Source: Candidatus Omnitrophota bacterium
Lineage (GTDB): Bacteria > Omnitrophota > Gorgyraeia > Aquiviventales > Aquiviventaceae
Length of the DNA: 50,003 nt
NCBI GenBank assembly: GCA_023247195.1
Contig: JAHFGY010000004.1
Location: 1 to 50,003 of the forward strand
Direction: 5' to 3'
The position numbers and the translations under genes are program-made. The notes beneath the pieces were generated by a model. The model was given only the letters and a program-made list of their open reading frames with translations, searched no databases and was not told the DNA's origin. Shown in pieces: positions 19,636 through 29,173 of the stretch (its first letter is position 1; each line of letters opens with the position of its first letter).

Positions 19636-20244
19636 TTAAGTCTTTTTTTCTGTGGGCTGGATCACTTCGTCGACGATCCCGTACTCTTTGGCTTCGTCCG
19701 CGGACATGAAGTAGTCGCGGTCCGTGTCCTTTTCAATGCGCTCCAGCGTCTGGCCCGTATGCTTGACCAGGATCTGGTTCAGCCGCTCGCGCAAGCGCAG
19801 AATTTCGCGCGCCTGGATGGAGATGTCCGAGGCCGCTCCCTGCACGCCGCCCCACGGCTGGTGGATCATGATGCGCGCGGCGGGCAGCGCATAGCGCTTG
19901 CCTTTGCTGCCGCAGCACAAGAGCAGAGCTCCCATGCTCGCCGCTTGGCCCACGCAATACGTGGCCACGGGCGGACGGACAAACTGAATGGTGTCGTAAA
20001 TCGCAAGACCCGCGGTGACCGAACCGCCCGGGCTGTTCACATAAATATTGATGTCTTTGTTCGCGTCTTCGCTTTGAAGGAATAATAGCTGCGCGATGAT
20101 GAGGTTCGCCACCATATCGTCGATCGGCGTGCCGATAAAAATGATCCTATCCTTCAAAAGCCGTGAATAAATATCATAAGCTCGCTCGCCGCGGGCTGAT
20201 TGCTCCACGACGATCGGAACCAGCATCTGTCCGTGCGCTGTCAT
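19636..20244 (-). CDS. clpP: ATP-dependent Clp protease proteolytic subunit
   Basis: [19 protein letters not shown], catalytic [11 protein letters not shown], and MIHQP. Confidence 0.95.
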   Translation of the reverse strand: MTAHGQMLVPIVVEQSARGERAYDIYSRLLKDRIIFIGTPIDDMVANLIIAQLLFLQSEDANKDINIYVNSPGGSVTAGLAIYDTIQFVRPPVATYCVGQAASMGALLLCCGSKGKRYALPAARIMIHQPWGGVQGAASDISIQAREILRLRERLNQILVKHTGQTLERIEKDTDRDYFMSADEAKEYGIVDEVIQPTEKKT

Positions 20245-20249
20245 GAAAT

Positions 20250-21368
20250 TTACTTTCCTCCTTCTTTAACTGCCCTTGGCTCTTCGTCGGTGATGGCCGC
20301 GGCCTCCATGACCAGTGCCAGCGTCTTGTCCTGCCGAATAGACGAAACAACGGACTGCCACAACCCTTCCTTGTCCAGAATCTCGCGAACCTGCAGCGGG
20401 TCCTTATTCCAGCGCTGCGAAAGCTGCCAGAGCCGCTCGACGAGCTCATCTTGCGTGACCTGCAGCGATTCTTTCTCCGCGATCCGGTCAATGACAAACG
20501 ACAGCTTCACCTGCCGCTCAGCCGAGGTCCGCAGCTTATCCGTGAATTTCGACAGCTCGCCGTCGGCTTGCTCCTCCGGAAGCCCGGACATCAGCAACCG
20601 CACTTTGAAATCGCGCGTCAGGCGCTCGGCCTGGCGCTGCACCAGCCCGGACGGCAGATCAAACGGGTGTTTCTCGACCAGCGCGTCGCAGGCCGCGGCT
20701 TCAAGCGCTTGCTTGATCGCGGTCTGTTTCTGCTCGCGGAGCTTGCCTTCAACATGCTCTTTCAGCTTATCCAGCGACTCCTGTCCAAGGTCCTTGGCCA
20801 GCTCGTCGTCCAAAGCCGGCACCTGGCGCTCTTTAGTCTGCCCGTCGGCGCTGGGCACGAGCTGCGCCATGGACTCTTGAAGCTGAGTCAGTGCTTTGTT
20901 GATTTCTTCGGAGCTCACTGTCACCGCGGGGCGCTTGAGAGCAATGCCCCGGTACTCGCCCAATGCAAAGACAGGCTCGACTTCCACTTTCGCTTCTAAA
21001 GTCAGGCCCTGTTCTTGCAGATAATCGGCTTTGCTGACTTCGAACGGCCCGACCGGACGAAGCTCGTGCTCTTTGGCCGCCTGCTCGAACGCTAGCCGCG
21101 TCACGCGCTGCAGCGTTTCGTCTTGGATGGAAGAACCGAAGCGTTTCTCAACCAGGTTCGTCGGCGCGTGCCCTTTCCTGAATCCGTCTAGCCGCGCTTC
21201 CTTCTGAAACTCGCGCAGCACGCTCTCGCGAACTGGAGCGATCGCCGCGGGAAGCACCTGCACGCGCACCGCTTTTTGGCACGGAGCCGCGTCTTCGATG
21301 GAAAACTGCATGGGTTGGTCGGACGGTGTTTCGGTTGATTTCGTTGATTGCTTTGACTTGCCGAACAT
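20250..21368 (-). CDS. tig: Trigger factor, short form apparently lacking the FKBP/PPIase domain
   Basis: The ribosome-binding signature GFRKGHAP is in the N-domain, and the C-domain is arm-like ([17 protein letters not shown]...). It lies upstream of clpP. The ORF is only 372 aa, and the sequence passes directly from the N-domain to [13 protein letters not shown]. Confidence 0.8.
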   Translation of the reverse strand: MFGKSKQSTKSTETPSDQPMQFSIEDAAPCQKAVRVQVLPAAIAPVRESVLREFQKEARLDGFRKGHAPTNLVEKRFGSSIQDETLQRVTRLAFEQAAKEHELRPVGPFEVSKADYLQEQGLTLEAKVEVEPVFALGEYRGIALKRPAVTVSSEEINKALTQLQESMAQLVPSADGQTKERQVPALDDELAKDLGQESLDKLKEHVEGKLREQKQTAIKQALEAAACDALVEKHPFDLPSGLVQRQAERLTRDFKVRLLMSGLPEEQADGELSKFTDKLRTSAERQVKLSFVIDRIAEKESLQVTQDELVERLWQLSQRWNKDPLQVREILDKEGLWQSVVSSIRQDKTLALVMEAAAITDEEPRAVKEGGK

Positions 21369-21385
21369 GCCTCTACCCTTTCTCG

Positions 21386-22108
21386 TTACATACGGAACTT
21401 CTCACCCAGGTAAATTTCTCGGGCCTTGGTATCGGTGATCAGCTCGTGCGCGGTCCCCGAGATGAGCACGCGGCCCTCGGCCATGATATACGCGCGGTCG
21501 GTAATTTCCAGCGTTTCCCGCACATTGTGGTCGGTCAATAGAATCCCCAGACCGCGGCGCTTGAGCTCGCGGATCATTTCCTGCGCCTCAAAAACCGTGA
21601 TCGGATCAATGCCGGAAAAAGGTTCGTCCAACAGGATGAACTGCGGGTGCGTGACCAGCGCGCGCGTGATCTCCAAGCGCCGCTTCTCGCCGCCCGAGAG
21701 CGTGAAAGCTTTTTGCCGCGCCAGGTGCGTGATGCCGAGCTCGTTCAGCAATTGGTCGAGCCGGCGCCGGCGCTCCGAATGCGACAGGTGCAGCGTTTCC
21801 AAGATAGCCAGGATGTTTTGCTCAACCGTCATCTTGCGGAAAATCGACGGCTCCTGAGCGAGGTAGCCGATACCGAGGCGCGAGCGGCGGTGCATGGGCA
21901 GCGGCGTAATATCCTTGCCGTCGAGCAAAATGCGGCCGGCCTCCGGCTTCACATACCCGACGGTCATGGCGAACGTCGTGGTCTTGCCCGCGCCGTTCGG
22001 CCCGAGCAGGCCCACGATCTCGCCGCTGGCGATACTGATGTCCACGCCGTCCACGACATTGCGGCCGTGGTAGGATTTTTTCAGTTGTTGGCAAGCGAGT
22101 TGGCTCAT
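21386..22108 (-). CDS. lptB: LPS export ABC transporter ATP-binding protein
   Basis: Walker A GPNGAGKTT, signature LSGGEKRRLEI, Walker B FILLDEPFSGIDP. It lies immediately downstream of the LptC/LptA-like ORF. Confidence 0.9.
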   Translation of the reverse strand: MSQLACQQLKKSYHGRNVVDGVDISIASGEIVGLLGPNGAGKTTTFAMTVGYVKPEAGRILLDGKDITPLPMHRRSRLGIGYLAQEPSIFRKMTVEQNILAILETLHLSHSERRRRLDQLLNELGITHLARQKAFTLSGGEKRRLEITRALVTHPQFILLDEPFSGIDPITVFEAQEMIRELKRRGLGILLTDHNVRETLEITDRAYIMAEGRVLISGTAHELITDTKAREIYLGEKFRM

Positions 22109-22110
22109 GC

Positions 22111-23934
22111 TCAGTTCTTTGGGGCGATCGAAAACGGATTTTGACCGGGTTCCTGTTTCAGCTGCAGCGACGGTTTGCCGACCAGCGAGATCTTTCCTTT
22201 GGAAGGATCGTAGATGGCCTTCTGGCTCGCGGCCTGATGCCCTTGTTGCGCGATGCGGACGTTTCCGGTCGCTTCAGCGATCTTGATCGTGCGGCCGTCG
22301 GGATTCATGCGAGCCACCAGGACATCGGAAAAAAGCTCTCCGTTCGCGTCGATCACGTGCACGTTATTGTGGAAGGTCACGAGCCCCTTATCATACTCGT
22401 AATCGAGGGGGCCATCGCAAGTAATCGTGACGTGTTTGCGGCCCGCGCTGACGCCGGCTGGGGCGCCCGCAACGGCCGCGCCGTTGGGATTCAGCAGAAC
22501 TTCCACATCGTGCAGCAACTTCGCGTCGCTCAGCTGCGCCATGCCCTCAAAGCCGCGGCCGCGCAAAAGCATATGCTCGGTTTCAATGCGCACCGGCTGA
22601 TCGGTATGGGCCCGTTCGATATCCGGGATCCACGAAAGCTGGGAGGTGAAAAACCAAAGCCCGTCGCTCGTGTGCACCACGACGTCGCGGCGCAGGTCCA
22701 CGTTCCGGTTGGTTTGATTCACGTGCGCCTCTTGGGCTGTCAGGTACGCGCGCCGCGGGCCGTCAAATCCGACGCCGTCGGGCTTTTGGATAGTGACGAT
22801 CTGACCTTCGAGGCTCGCTTCCTTTCCTTCCAGTTCCCAGCGCTTGCCCCCGTCTTCCCCGTAGCCGGTCAGCGTAAAGCCGTCCAGCTGCTGATCCGGA
22901 AGGTCCGCGCCTTTGGCTTGCGATGCGTCCTTGGATTTGTCCTTATGGCCGCAGCCAGCGCCAAAGCCCAGCAATAGCGCGGCCGAAAGCGCCGCGAATA
23001 CGATCGCGGGCTGGCGGGAGCTGCGGCTCGCCTTTGCCGTCAGGGTTTGCGGCGTTGTTTTCCAGCGGCGGTGCATCCATACCCACTGCTCCGGGTGCAG
23101 GCGGATCATGTCTTCAGTCGCGCGGCTCAGTTGCTGGGTCAGTTGGCGAATGGCCGCCCGCCTGTCAGCGACCGGCTCGGCCAACTCAAGGGCCGGCTTG
23201 ATGACCAGGCGGAACCGGCCATTCTCGCGGACCATGAAGCACGGCACCATCGCGGCGCCGGTTATGAGCGAAAGCGCCGCAGGCCCAACTGGCGTGTACG
23301 CCGGAGAGCCAAAGAACTCGACAAAATCCCCTTCCAGTCCGTCCGTGTCCTGATCAGGCATCAACCCCACAATCTTATTTTGGCGCAAAAGGTGGGCGAC
23401 TTCTCTTAAAGAACCGCGCTCGTGCGTGGGCACGCCTTTCTTCGCACGCATGTCGATGAAGAAGTCTTGATACTCCGGGTACCGTAATTTCCGGGCCAGA
23501 AGCGCCCCATCAAACCCTAAGCTGCGCAGGTAGATCGCGATGAATTCCCAGTTGCCGAAGTGGGCGGAGCACGCCAAGACCCCCCGCCCGGCAGCCGCAG
23601 CTTGCTGTAGGTGCTCAAGACCTTCCACCGTGACGAGCGCTTGGATGTGTGGGACGGATAACGAGGGTAATTTCAGCCATTCCAAGCCGGTCTGGCCGAT
23701 GTTTCGGAAAACGCCGGCCGCTACGCGCCGGCGCTGGCCCGGGGCCATGGTATCGCCAAAGGCGCGGGAAAGGTGCTGTTCGACCAATGCCCTCTGGGCG
23801 GGCAAGCAGATAAAAGCAATGGATCCGACTTGCCGGCCAAGCGCCTGAACGGCTCTCAGAGGCAAAAAGGAGGCCAGCGTCTGGGAAACGCGGAACAAGC
23901 TAAAAAGCACATAACGGCGGACAGGATGCTTCAT
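22111..23934 (-). CDS. Fusion ORF: LpxL/HtrB-family lipid A acyltransferase + TM/lipobox + LptC-like + LptA/OstA-like domains
   Basis: aa 1-292 are LpxL-like (HFGNWE catalytic HX4E, and ...HPEQWVWMHRRWK, the usual family C-terminus). aa 308-328 are hydrophobic and end in GFGAGC. aa 345-482 are LptC-like beta-jellyroll sequence (DGFTLTGYGEDGGKRWELEGKEASL...). aa 500-595 are OstA_N/LptA-like (VTFHNNVHVIDANGELFSDVLVARMNP...ATGNVRIAQQGHQAASQKAIYD). No stop codon separates the parts. Confidence 0.75.
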   Translation of the reverse strand: MKHPVRRYVLFSLFRVSQTLASFLPLRAVQALGRQVGSIAFICLPAQRALVEQHLSRAFGDTMAPGQRRRVAAGVFRNIGQTGLEWLKLPSLSVPHIQALVTVEGLEHLQQAAAAGRGVLACSAHFGNWEFIAIYLRSLGFDGALLARKLRYPEYQDFFIDMRAKKGVPTHERGSLREVAHLLRQNKIVGLMPDQDTDGLEGDFVEFFGSPAYTPVGPAALSLITGAAMVPCFMVRENGRFRLVIKPALELAEPVADRRAAIRQLTQQLSRATEDMIRLHPEQWVWMHRRWKTTPQTLTAKASRSSRQPAIVFAALSAALLLGFGAGCGHKDKSKDASQAKGADLPDQQLDGFTLTGYGEDGGKRWELEGKEASLEGQIVTIQKPDGVGFDGPRRAYLTAQEAHVNQTNRNVDLRRDVVVHTSDGLWFFTSQLSWIPDIERAHTDQPVRIETEHMLLRGRGFEGMAQLSDAKLLHDVEVLLNPNGAAVAGAPAGVSAGRKHVTITCDGPLDYEYDKGLVTFHNNVHVIDANGELFSDVLVARMNPDGRTIKIAEATGNVRIAQQGHQAASQKAIYDPSKGKISLVGKPSLQLKQEPGQNPFSIAPKN

Positions 23935-24091
23935 CTTGATTGAGGCGCGCGCTCGGCGAAAAACGGCGGAACGGCGGGCACAACGGGGTATCTTACGCTT
24001 TCACTCTGGGAGCGTCAAGGCAAGTGGAAGTGGAAACGGTTTTTGCGAGCAGAAAAAATGCAGAAACGCCCTAAAAAACCCTTACAGGTGC

Positions 24092-24298
24092 TTATTCGTG
24101 CGGGCGATTCTGCATCTGCGACTCAAGCCACTCATCGAGCACATTGCGCTTGAATCGCCACTGCCCACCGATTTTCGCTGCTGGAACCCGACCTTCCCGG
24201 GTCAGCTTGTAGACGGTCATAACGTGGAGGCCGAGGTACTTAGCAACCTCCTTCAACGTCATGATATCGTCTTGCCGGTAGGTGCCATTTCGCTTCAT
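24092..24298 (-). CDS. Excisionase/MerR-superfamily helix-turn-helix DNA-binding protein (68 aa)
   Basis: MTLKEVAKYLGLHVMTVYKLTREGRVPAAKIGGQWRFKRNVLDEWL is the classic excisionase-family HTH pattern. The start was set to the ATG at 24298, preceded by GGGAGGG (24304..24310 on the plus strand). Confidence 0.75.
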   Translation of the reverse strand: MKRNGTYRQDDIMTLKEVAKYLGLHVMTVYKLTREGRVPAAKIGGQWRFKRNVLDEWLESQMQNRPHE

Positions 24299-24335
24299 TT
24301 CTTTCCCTCCCATCCCTTAAAAGTGTTCTATCGGG

Positions 24336-24364
24336 AGTATATATAACGCATGGAAGAATTACAA
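24336..24364 (-). promoter_or_regulatory. Sigma70-like promoter for the small HTH gene
   Basis: The minus strand reads TTGTAA (24364..24359), a 17-nt spacer, then TATACT (24341..24336), inside the only strongly AT-rich intergenic tract of this region. Confidence 0.45.
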
Positions 24365-24368
24365 GGCT

Positions 24369-24388
24369 TTTACTAATTATTTAGTAAA
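24369..24388. promoter_or_regulatory. Perfect 8-bp inverted repeat (candidate operator)
   Basis: TTTACTAA-ttat-TTAGTAAA, immediately upstream of the -35 element of the HTH gene promoter. Confidence 0.4.
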
Positions 24389-24440
24389 GTAGGAGAAGCT
24401 CAAAAATGGATAAGTTTAGATGGGGTTTAGTGCTTGAACT

Positions 24441-24986
24441 TCAATAAGTTGCAAGAATTTCGGAAAGAAGGCCTTTTGCCTCAAGAATGCGGTTGATCGC
24501 TTCGCGGACAGCGCCTTGACCACCCGTGCGAGCGGTTTGGTAGTGGCAAGCCCGCGCCACATCTTCAACCGCGTTGCCCACTGCCACGGCCAACCCGGCC
24601 CGGCGGATCATGGGCAGCTCTAGCAAGTCATCGGCGATCACGCAGACTTGCGCGTCTTTCAGGCGCCACCTCTTAAGGAGCTGCTCGTAAACCTTAACCT
24701 TCTGCTGGATTCCTTCGGAAAGGTGATCCACCCGCATCTCCTTGGCGCGGCGCTGCACGGTCTTGCTCTTGCGGCCGGAGATAATAGCGGATTTGAACCC
24801 GCTGAGGTGCCAGAGCACCAAACCTGTGCCGTCCTGGACGTTAAAGCGCTTCAGCTCATCACCCTGTTCGGCGTAGATAATGCCGCCGTCCGTGAGCACG
24901 CCATCGACATCCAGGATCAATGCCGTTATGGCTTCGGCGCGCTTGGTGAGATCCGCGTTCCAGGCAGCCGCCGGCCCGGGCATCAC
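24441..24986 (-). CDS. kdsC: 3-deoxy-D-manno-octulosonate 8-phosphate phosphatase (HAD, YrbI family)
   Basis: ILDVDGVLTDGGIIY (DxDxT motif), ...IISGRKS..., GDDLLELPMIRRAGLAVAVGNA. It has a 4-nt overlap with kdsD. Confidence 0.85.
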   Translation of the reverse strand: MMPGPAAAWNADLTKRAEAITALILDVDGVLTDGGIIYAEQGDELKRFNVQDGTGLVLWHLSGFKSAIISGRKSKTVQRRAKEMRVDHLSEGIQQKVKVYEQLLKRWRLKDAQVCVIADDLLELPMIRRAGLAVAVGNAVEDVARACHYQTARTGGQGAVREAINRILEAKGLLSEILATY

Positions 24987-25951
24987 ACAAACCCCGCTTT
25001 AAGGAGGTCTTGGACATCCAAGAGGCCGACCGGCGCGCGGCGATCGTTGATCACAACGAGCTCATCGATGCGGTATTCCCGCAGGAGCAGCAAAGCTTCC
25101 TCGGCAAGACGCTCCTGGTCGATCGTCTTGGGGTTGCGGGTCATGACTTTGGTGACAGGCAGATCGACCAGGCGGACCGCGTCCAGGTGGCGGCGCAGGT
25201 CGCCGTCCGTGAAGATGCCGGCCAGGCGGCCGCGGCTGTCCACGACCGTGGCCGAGCCGGCCCGGGCCTTGGTGATGGCGAGCAACGCGGCTTTCACCGG
25301 GGTGGCTTCGCGAACCACCGGATGCGCCGCGCCGGTGCGCATGATGTCTTTAACCTTTAAGAGCAACCGGCGGCCCAGCTGTCCGCCCGGGTGGAGCAGC
25401 GCAAAATCACTGGGCTTGAACCCCTTTGCTTCGGAAACCACGACAGCCAAGGCATCGCCCATGGCAAGCATGGCGGTGGTTGAGGAGGTCGGCGCCAGGT
25501 TCATGGCGCAGGCCTCGCGCTCAACGCTGACATCCAGCACCGCGTCGCTGTGCTTAGCCAGCGTGGATTTGCGGTTCCCCGTGAGCGCAATGAGCTTAGC
25601 GCCGATGCGCTTAAGAATGGGCAGCAACCGGGTGATCTCTTCCGTCTCACCGCTGTTGGAAAGCGCGAGCACCAGATCCTGGCGCGTGATCCGCCCCATG
25701 TCGCCGTGGATCGCTTCCGCGGGGTGGAGCCAAAAGCTGGGCGTGCCGATGGAAGCCATGGTGGAAGAAATCTTTTGGCCGATCAAGCCAGCCTTGCCCA
25801 TGCCGGTCACGATCACGCGCCCCTCGCAAGCAACCATAAGGTCCACCGACCGCTGAAAATCCTTGCCGATGCGCGAAAGCAAACCGGTGATGGCCTGGGA
25901 TTCGATGCGCAGAACTTCTTTGGCGCGCGTAGAAACAGAGGAACGGCTCAT
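24983..25951 (-). CDS. kdsD: Arabinose 5-phosphate isomerase (SIS + tandem CBS)
   Basis: Trimmed to the ATG at 25951 (ATGA overlap with the kdsA stop). The SIS region reads GRVIVTGMGKAGLIGQKISSTMASIGTPS...LSNSGETEE, followed by two CBS repeats. Confidence 0.9.
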   Translation of the reverse strand: MSRSSVSTRAKEVLRIESQAITGLLSRIGKDFQRSVDLMVACEGRVIVTGMGKAGLIGQKISSTMASIGTPSFWLHPAEAIHGDMGRITRQDLVLALSNSGETEEITRLLPILKRIGAKLIALTGNRKSTLAKHSDAVLDVSVEREACAMNLAPTSSTTAMLAMGDALAVVVSEAKGFKPSDFALLHPGGQLGRRLLLKVKDIMRTGAAHPVVREATPVKAALLAITKARAGSATVVDSRGRLAGIFTDGDLRRHLDAVRLVDLPVTKVMTRNPKTIDQERLAEEALLLLREYRIDELVVINDRRAPVGLLDVQDLLKAGFV

Positions 25952-26769
25952 GCGCGTACGGCGGCGCGGATCGCTTGCATCTGATCTAAGAGTTGGGGCA
26001 GGTCCGCGAGCGGCAGCATGTTCGGGCCGTCGCAAGGCGCATGGTCCGGGTCTTCGTGCACCTCCAGGAACACGCCGCTGCAGTAACCCGTGGCGATCGC
26101 GGCGCGCACCAGCGTGGGCACGAATTCGCGCTGGCCGCCGGAGGAAGTGCCCAGGCCGCCCGGCAACTGCACCGAGTGCGTGCCGTCGAAAATAACCGGC
26201 ACGCCAAAGCCGGCCATGACCTGCAAGCTGCGGAAATCCGAAACCAGGTTGTTGTACCCGAAGCTCGCTCCCCGCTCGGTCACCAGGATCGATTGGTTGC
26301 CCGCAGAGCGCGCCTTTTCAATGACCTGCTTCATGTCCCACGGGGCCAAAAATTGTCCCTTTTTAATATTCATGGCTTTGCCGGCAGCGGCCACGGCTTT
26401 GACCAAGTCAGTCTGTCGACTCAGAAAAGCCGGCACTTGAAGCAAATCGAGCACTTCGGAGGCCGGACCGACCTCCTCGCGGCAATGCACGTCACTCGTC
26501 ACCGGAAGGCCCAGCTTTTTCTTTACGGCGGCAAGCACCTTGAGACCCTCTTTCATTCCCGGGCCGCGGTAGGAAGTGCCGGAGGTTCGATTGGCTTTGT
26601 CATAGCTGCACTTGACCACGTACGAGACGCCGGCTTTTTCACAGATCCGGCTCATCTTTTCCGCGTGGCGCAGCAGGTGCGCCTCGCTCTCGATGACATC
26701 CGGCCCGGCGATGAGGAGCAGCGGCTGGTCGAGCCCGACGCTGATTTTACCTATCTTAACCGCGCTCAT
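25948..26769 (-). CDS. kdsA: 2-dehydro-3-deoxyphosphooctonate aldolase (Kdo-8-P synthase)
   Basis: Trimmed to the ATG at 26769 ([28 protein letters not shown]), forming an ATGA overlap with the pyrG stop. Also present: [36 protein letters not shown]. Confidence 0.95.
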   Translation of the reverse strand: MSAVKIGKISVGLDQPLLLIAGPDVIESEAHLLRHAEKMSRICEKAGVSYVVKCSYDKANRTSGTSYRGPGMKEGLKVLAAVKKKLGLPVTSDVHCREEVGPASEVLDLLQVPAFLSRQTDLVKAVAAAGKAMNIKKGQFLAPWDMKQVIEKARSAGNQSILVTERGASFGYNNLVSDFRSLQVMAGFGVPVIFDGTHSVQLPGGLGTSSGGQREFVPTLVRAAIATGYCSGVFLEVHEDPDHAPCDGPNMLPLADLPQLLDQMQAIRAAVRA

Positions 26770-28406
26770 GCGCTCTTCGCTGTCTTGGAGCGGCTGCGAC
26801 GCGCGTGCGGGGTCTTCAGAGCGGCAGCCACGAACGCGCGGAAAAGCGGGTGCGGCAGGTCCGGCCGTGAGCGGAACTCCGGGTGGAATTGCGAGGCCAC
26901 GAACCACGGGTGTCCCTTGAGCTCGAGCAATTCAACCAAGTTGCCCGGTTCGAAAACGCCGGACACGACCATCCCGGCTTTTTCCATCTGCTCGCGGTAC
27001 GCGTTGTTGAATTCATACCGGTGCCGGTGGCGTTCCTGCACCTCATCTTTGCCGTAAGCGGCCGCGGCTTTGGTCTTGGGACGCAGCTTGCACGTGCACG
27101 CGCCCAGCCGCATAGAGCCGCCCAGCGCCTTGACCCCTTGCTGCTCTTCCAGCAGGCTGATGACCGGGTACGGCGTATCCTTGTCGAACTCCGTGGAATG
27201 CGCGCCCTTCATGTCGCAAACGTTGCGGGCAAACTCAATCACCGCGCATTGCATGCCCAAGCAAATACCGAAAAACGGGATACCCTTCTCGCGCGCGTGC
27301 CGAATCGCTTCCAATTTACCGTCGATGCCGCGGTGGCCGAACCCGCCGGGAATCAGGACGCCTTGGATGCCCTTGAGCCTCTCGGCAACGCCTTCCTTGA
27401 GCAGTTGCTCGGAATCAATGCGCTGCACATCGACTTGCGCATCCATTGCCAGTCCGCCGTGGCGAAGCGCCTCGTAGATGGATTTGTACGCGTCTTGGTG
27501 CTGGATGTATTTGCCGACCACGGCCAGCGTGACCTTCTTCTTGGGATTCAATGCGCGCTCGACCACGTTCACGCGCCAGTTTTCAGGGTCTTGTTTCGGG
27601 CATGTGAGGTTGAGCATGCGCAGGATCGTGTCGTCCAATCCTTGCTTGCTGAAAAGGAGCGGCACTTCGTACACATCGCGCACATCGAGCGCCTGGATCA
27701 CGGCCTCAGGCTGCACGTTGCAGAACTGCGCGATCTTGCCGCGCACGGATTCGGAGAACGAGCGCTCGGTGCGGCACAGCAGCACGTCCGCCTGAAGGCC
27801 GATCTCGCGCAGCTTGCCCACCGAGTGCTGCGTGGGCTTGGTTTTTAGCTCGTCCGCGGCGCGGATGTAGGGCACCAGCGTGAGGTGGATGTTCAGCGCG
27901 TTGCCGGGCCCGACTTCGTTGCGCAATTGGCGGATGGCTTCCAAGAAAGGCAGGCCTTCAATGTCGCCGACCGTGCCGCCGACTTCGCAGATCACGATGT
28001 CCACGCCGTCGCGGGCGGCCAGCTTGGTGATGCAGCGCTTGATCTCGTCCGTGATGTGCGGCACGACCTGCACCGTGGCGCCGAGGTAATCGCCTTGGCG
28101 CTCCTTGGTGATTACTGAGTAGTAGACGCGGCCCGCGGTGACGTTGTTATCCTTGGTCATGGTCTGGCCTGTGAACCGTTCGTAATGGCCCAGGTCCAAA
28201 TCCGCTTCCGCGCCGTCGTCGGTGACGTAGACTTCGCCGTGCTGGTACGGGCTCATGGTCCCGGGATCGACGTTGATGTAGGGATCTAATTTCTGCAGCG
28301 TCACCTTGAGTCCGCGCGACTTAAGCAGCAGGCCGATGGACGCGCACGCGATTCCCTTGCCTAAACTTGAAACCACTCCGCCTGTCACGAAAATGTACTT
28401 TGGCAT
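26766..28406 (-). CDS. pyrG: CTP synthase
   Basis: [20 protein letters not shown]-terminus and a glutaminase domain with GICLGMQ and HRHRYEFN. Confidence 0.97.
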   Translation of the reverse strand: MPKYIFVTGGVVSSLGKGIACASIGLLLKSRGLKVTLQKLDPYINVDPGTMSPYQHGEVYVTDDGAEADLDLGHYERFTGQTMTKDNNVTAGRVYYSVITKERQGDYLGATVQVVPHITDEIKRCITKLAARDGVDIVICEVGGTVGDIEGLPFLEAIRQLRNEVGPGNALNIHLTLVPYIRAADELKTKPTQHSVGKLREIGLQADVLLCRTERSFSESVRGKIAQFCNVQPEAVIQALDVRDVYEVPLLFSKQGLDDTILRMLNLTCPKQDPENWRVNVVERALNPKKKVTLAVVGKYIQHQDAYKSIYEALRHGGLAMDAQVDVQRIDSEQLLKEGVAERLKGIQGVLIPGGFGHRGIDGKLEAIRHAREKGIPFFGICLGMQCAVIEFARNVCDMKGAHSTEFDKDTPYPVISLLEEQQGVKALGGSMRLGACTCKLRPKTKAAAAYGKDEVQERHRHRYEFNNAYREQMEKAGMVVSGVFEPGNLVELLELKGHPWFVASQFHPEFRSRPDLPHPLFRAFVAAALKTPHARRSRSKTAKSA

Positions 28407-28423
28407 CTCACCCGATCAACTTT

Positions 28424-29173
28424 TTATCGCGATCGTCCTGTCATCAGCGCATTGACGTTCTTTAAATCCTCCGGCGTATCGACGCCGAAGGTCTCGTGCG
28501 GTGTTTCCATCATTTTGATCCGGTGCCCGTGCTCCAGCGCGCGCAATTGCTCCAATTGCTCCAACTGCTCAAGCGGCGTGGGCGGAAGCTTGGGAAACCG
28601 CAGTACGAAATCCCGCTGGTAGCCATAAATGCCCAAGTGCTTGAAAACATATTCCGTCGGCGAGCGCTCGGGCGGATTGGCGCGCTGCCAGGGGATCGGC
28701 GCGCGCGAAAAGTACAGCGCAAACCCTTCTTGGTCCACGACCACTTTCACCACATTCGGGTTGTTCAAGTCTTCGGCCCGGCGCAGCCGCGTCATGAGCG
28801 ATGCCATGGGCACATCCGGGTGCGCCTCGAGGTACTCGGCCAATTGGTCCACCATTTCCGGGTGCACGAGCGGCTCATCGCCCTGGATGTTGATGACAAC
28901 GGTCTCGGCGTTCTTGTAAGCGACTTCAGCCACGCGGTCCGTACCGCTGCGCGCGGCCGGGTCCGTGAGCATGGCCTGGCCGCCCGCGGCCTCCACGGCG
29001 TCCACGATGCGCTGGTCGTCCGTGGCAACCACGACCTCGGTAGCTCGCTTGGCGCGTTTCACGCCCGCGTAAACATGCGCGATCATGGGTTTGCCGTTCA
29101 TCAATGCCAAAGGCTTGCCCGGCAGCCGCGTGGAGGCGTAGCGCGCCGGGATCACGGCTAAGACACCGCCCAT
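28424..29173 (-). CDS. kdsB: 3-deoxy-manno-octulosonate cytidylyltransferase (CMP-Kdo synthetase)
   Basis: Trimmed to the ATG at 29173 (MGGVLAVIPARYASTRLPGKPL), forming a TAATG 1-nt overlap with the hldA stop. NIQGDEPL motif present. The 103-codon upstream extension of the track ORF overlaps hldA. Confidence 0.9.
   Translation of the reverse strand: MGGVLAVIPARYASTRLPGKPLALMNGKPMIAHVYAGVKRAKRATEVVVATDDQRIVDAVEAAGGQAMLTDPAARSGTDRVAEVAYKNAETVVINIQGDEPLVHPEMVDQLAEYLEAHPDVPMASLMTRLRRAEDLNNPNVVKVVVDQEGFALYFSRAPIPWQRANPPERSPTEYVFKHLGIYGYQRDFVLRFPKLPPTPLEQLEQLEQLRALEHGHRIKMMETPHETFGVDTPEDLKNVNALMTGRSR

Noticed and set aside
23936-24346. A 136-aa plus-strand ORF overlapping the small HTH gene.
   Set aside because: It is antisense to the ORF that has a textbook excisionase-type HTH, a strong RBS and a promoter. 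Its own translation has no features.
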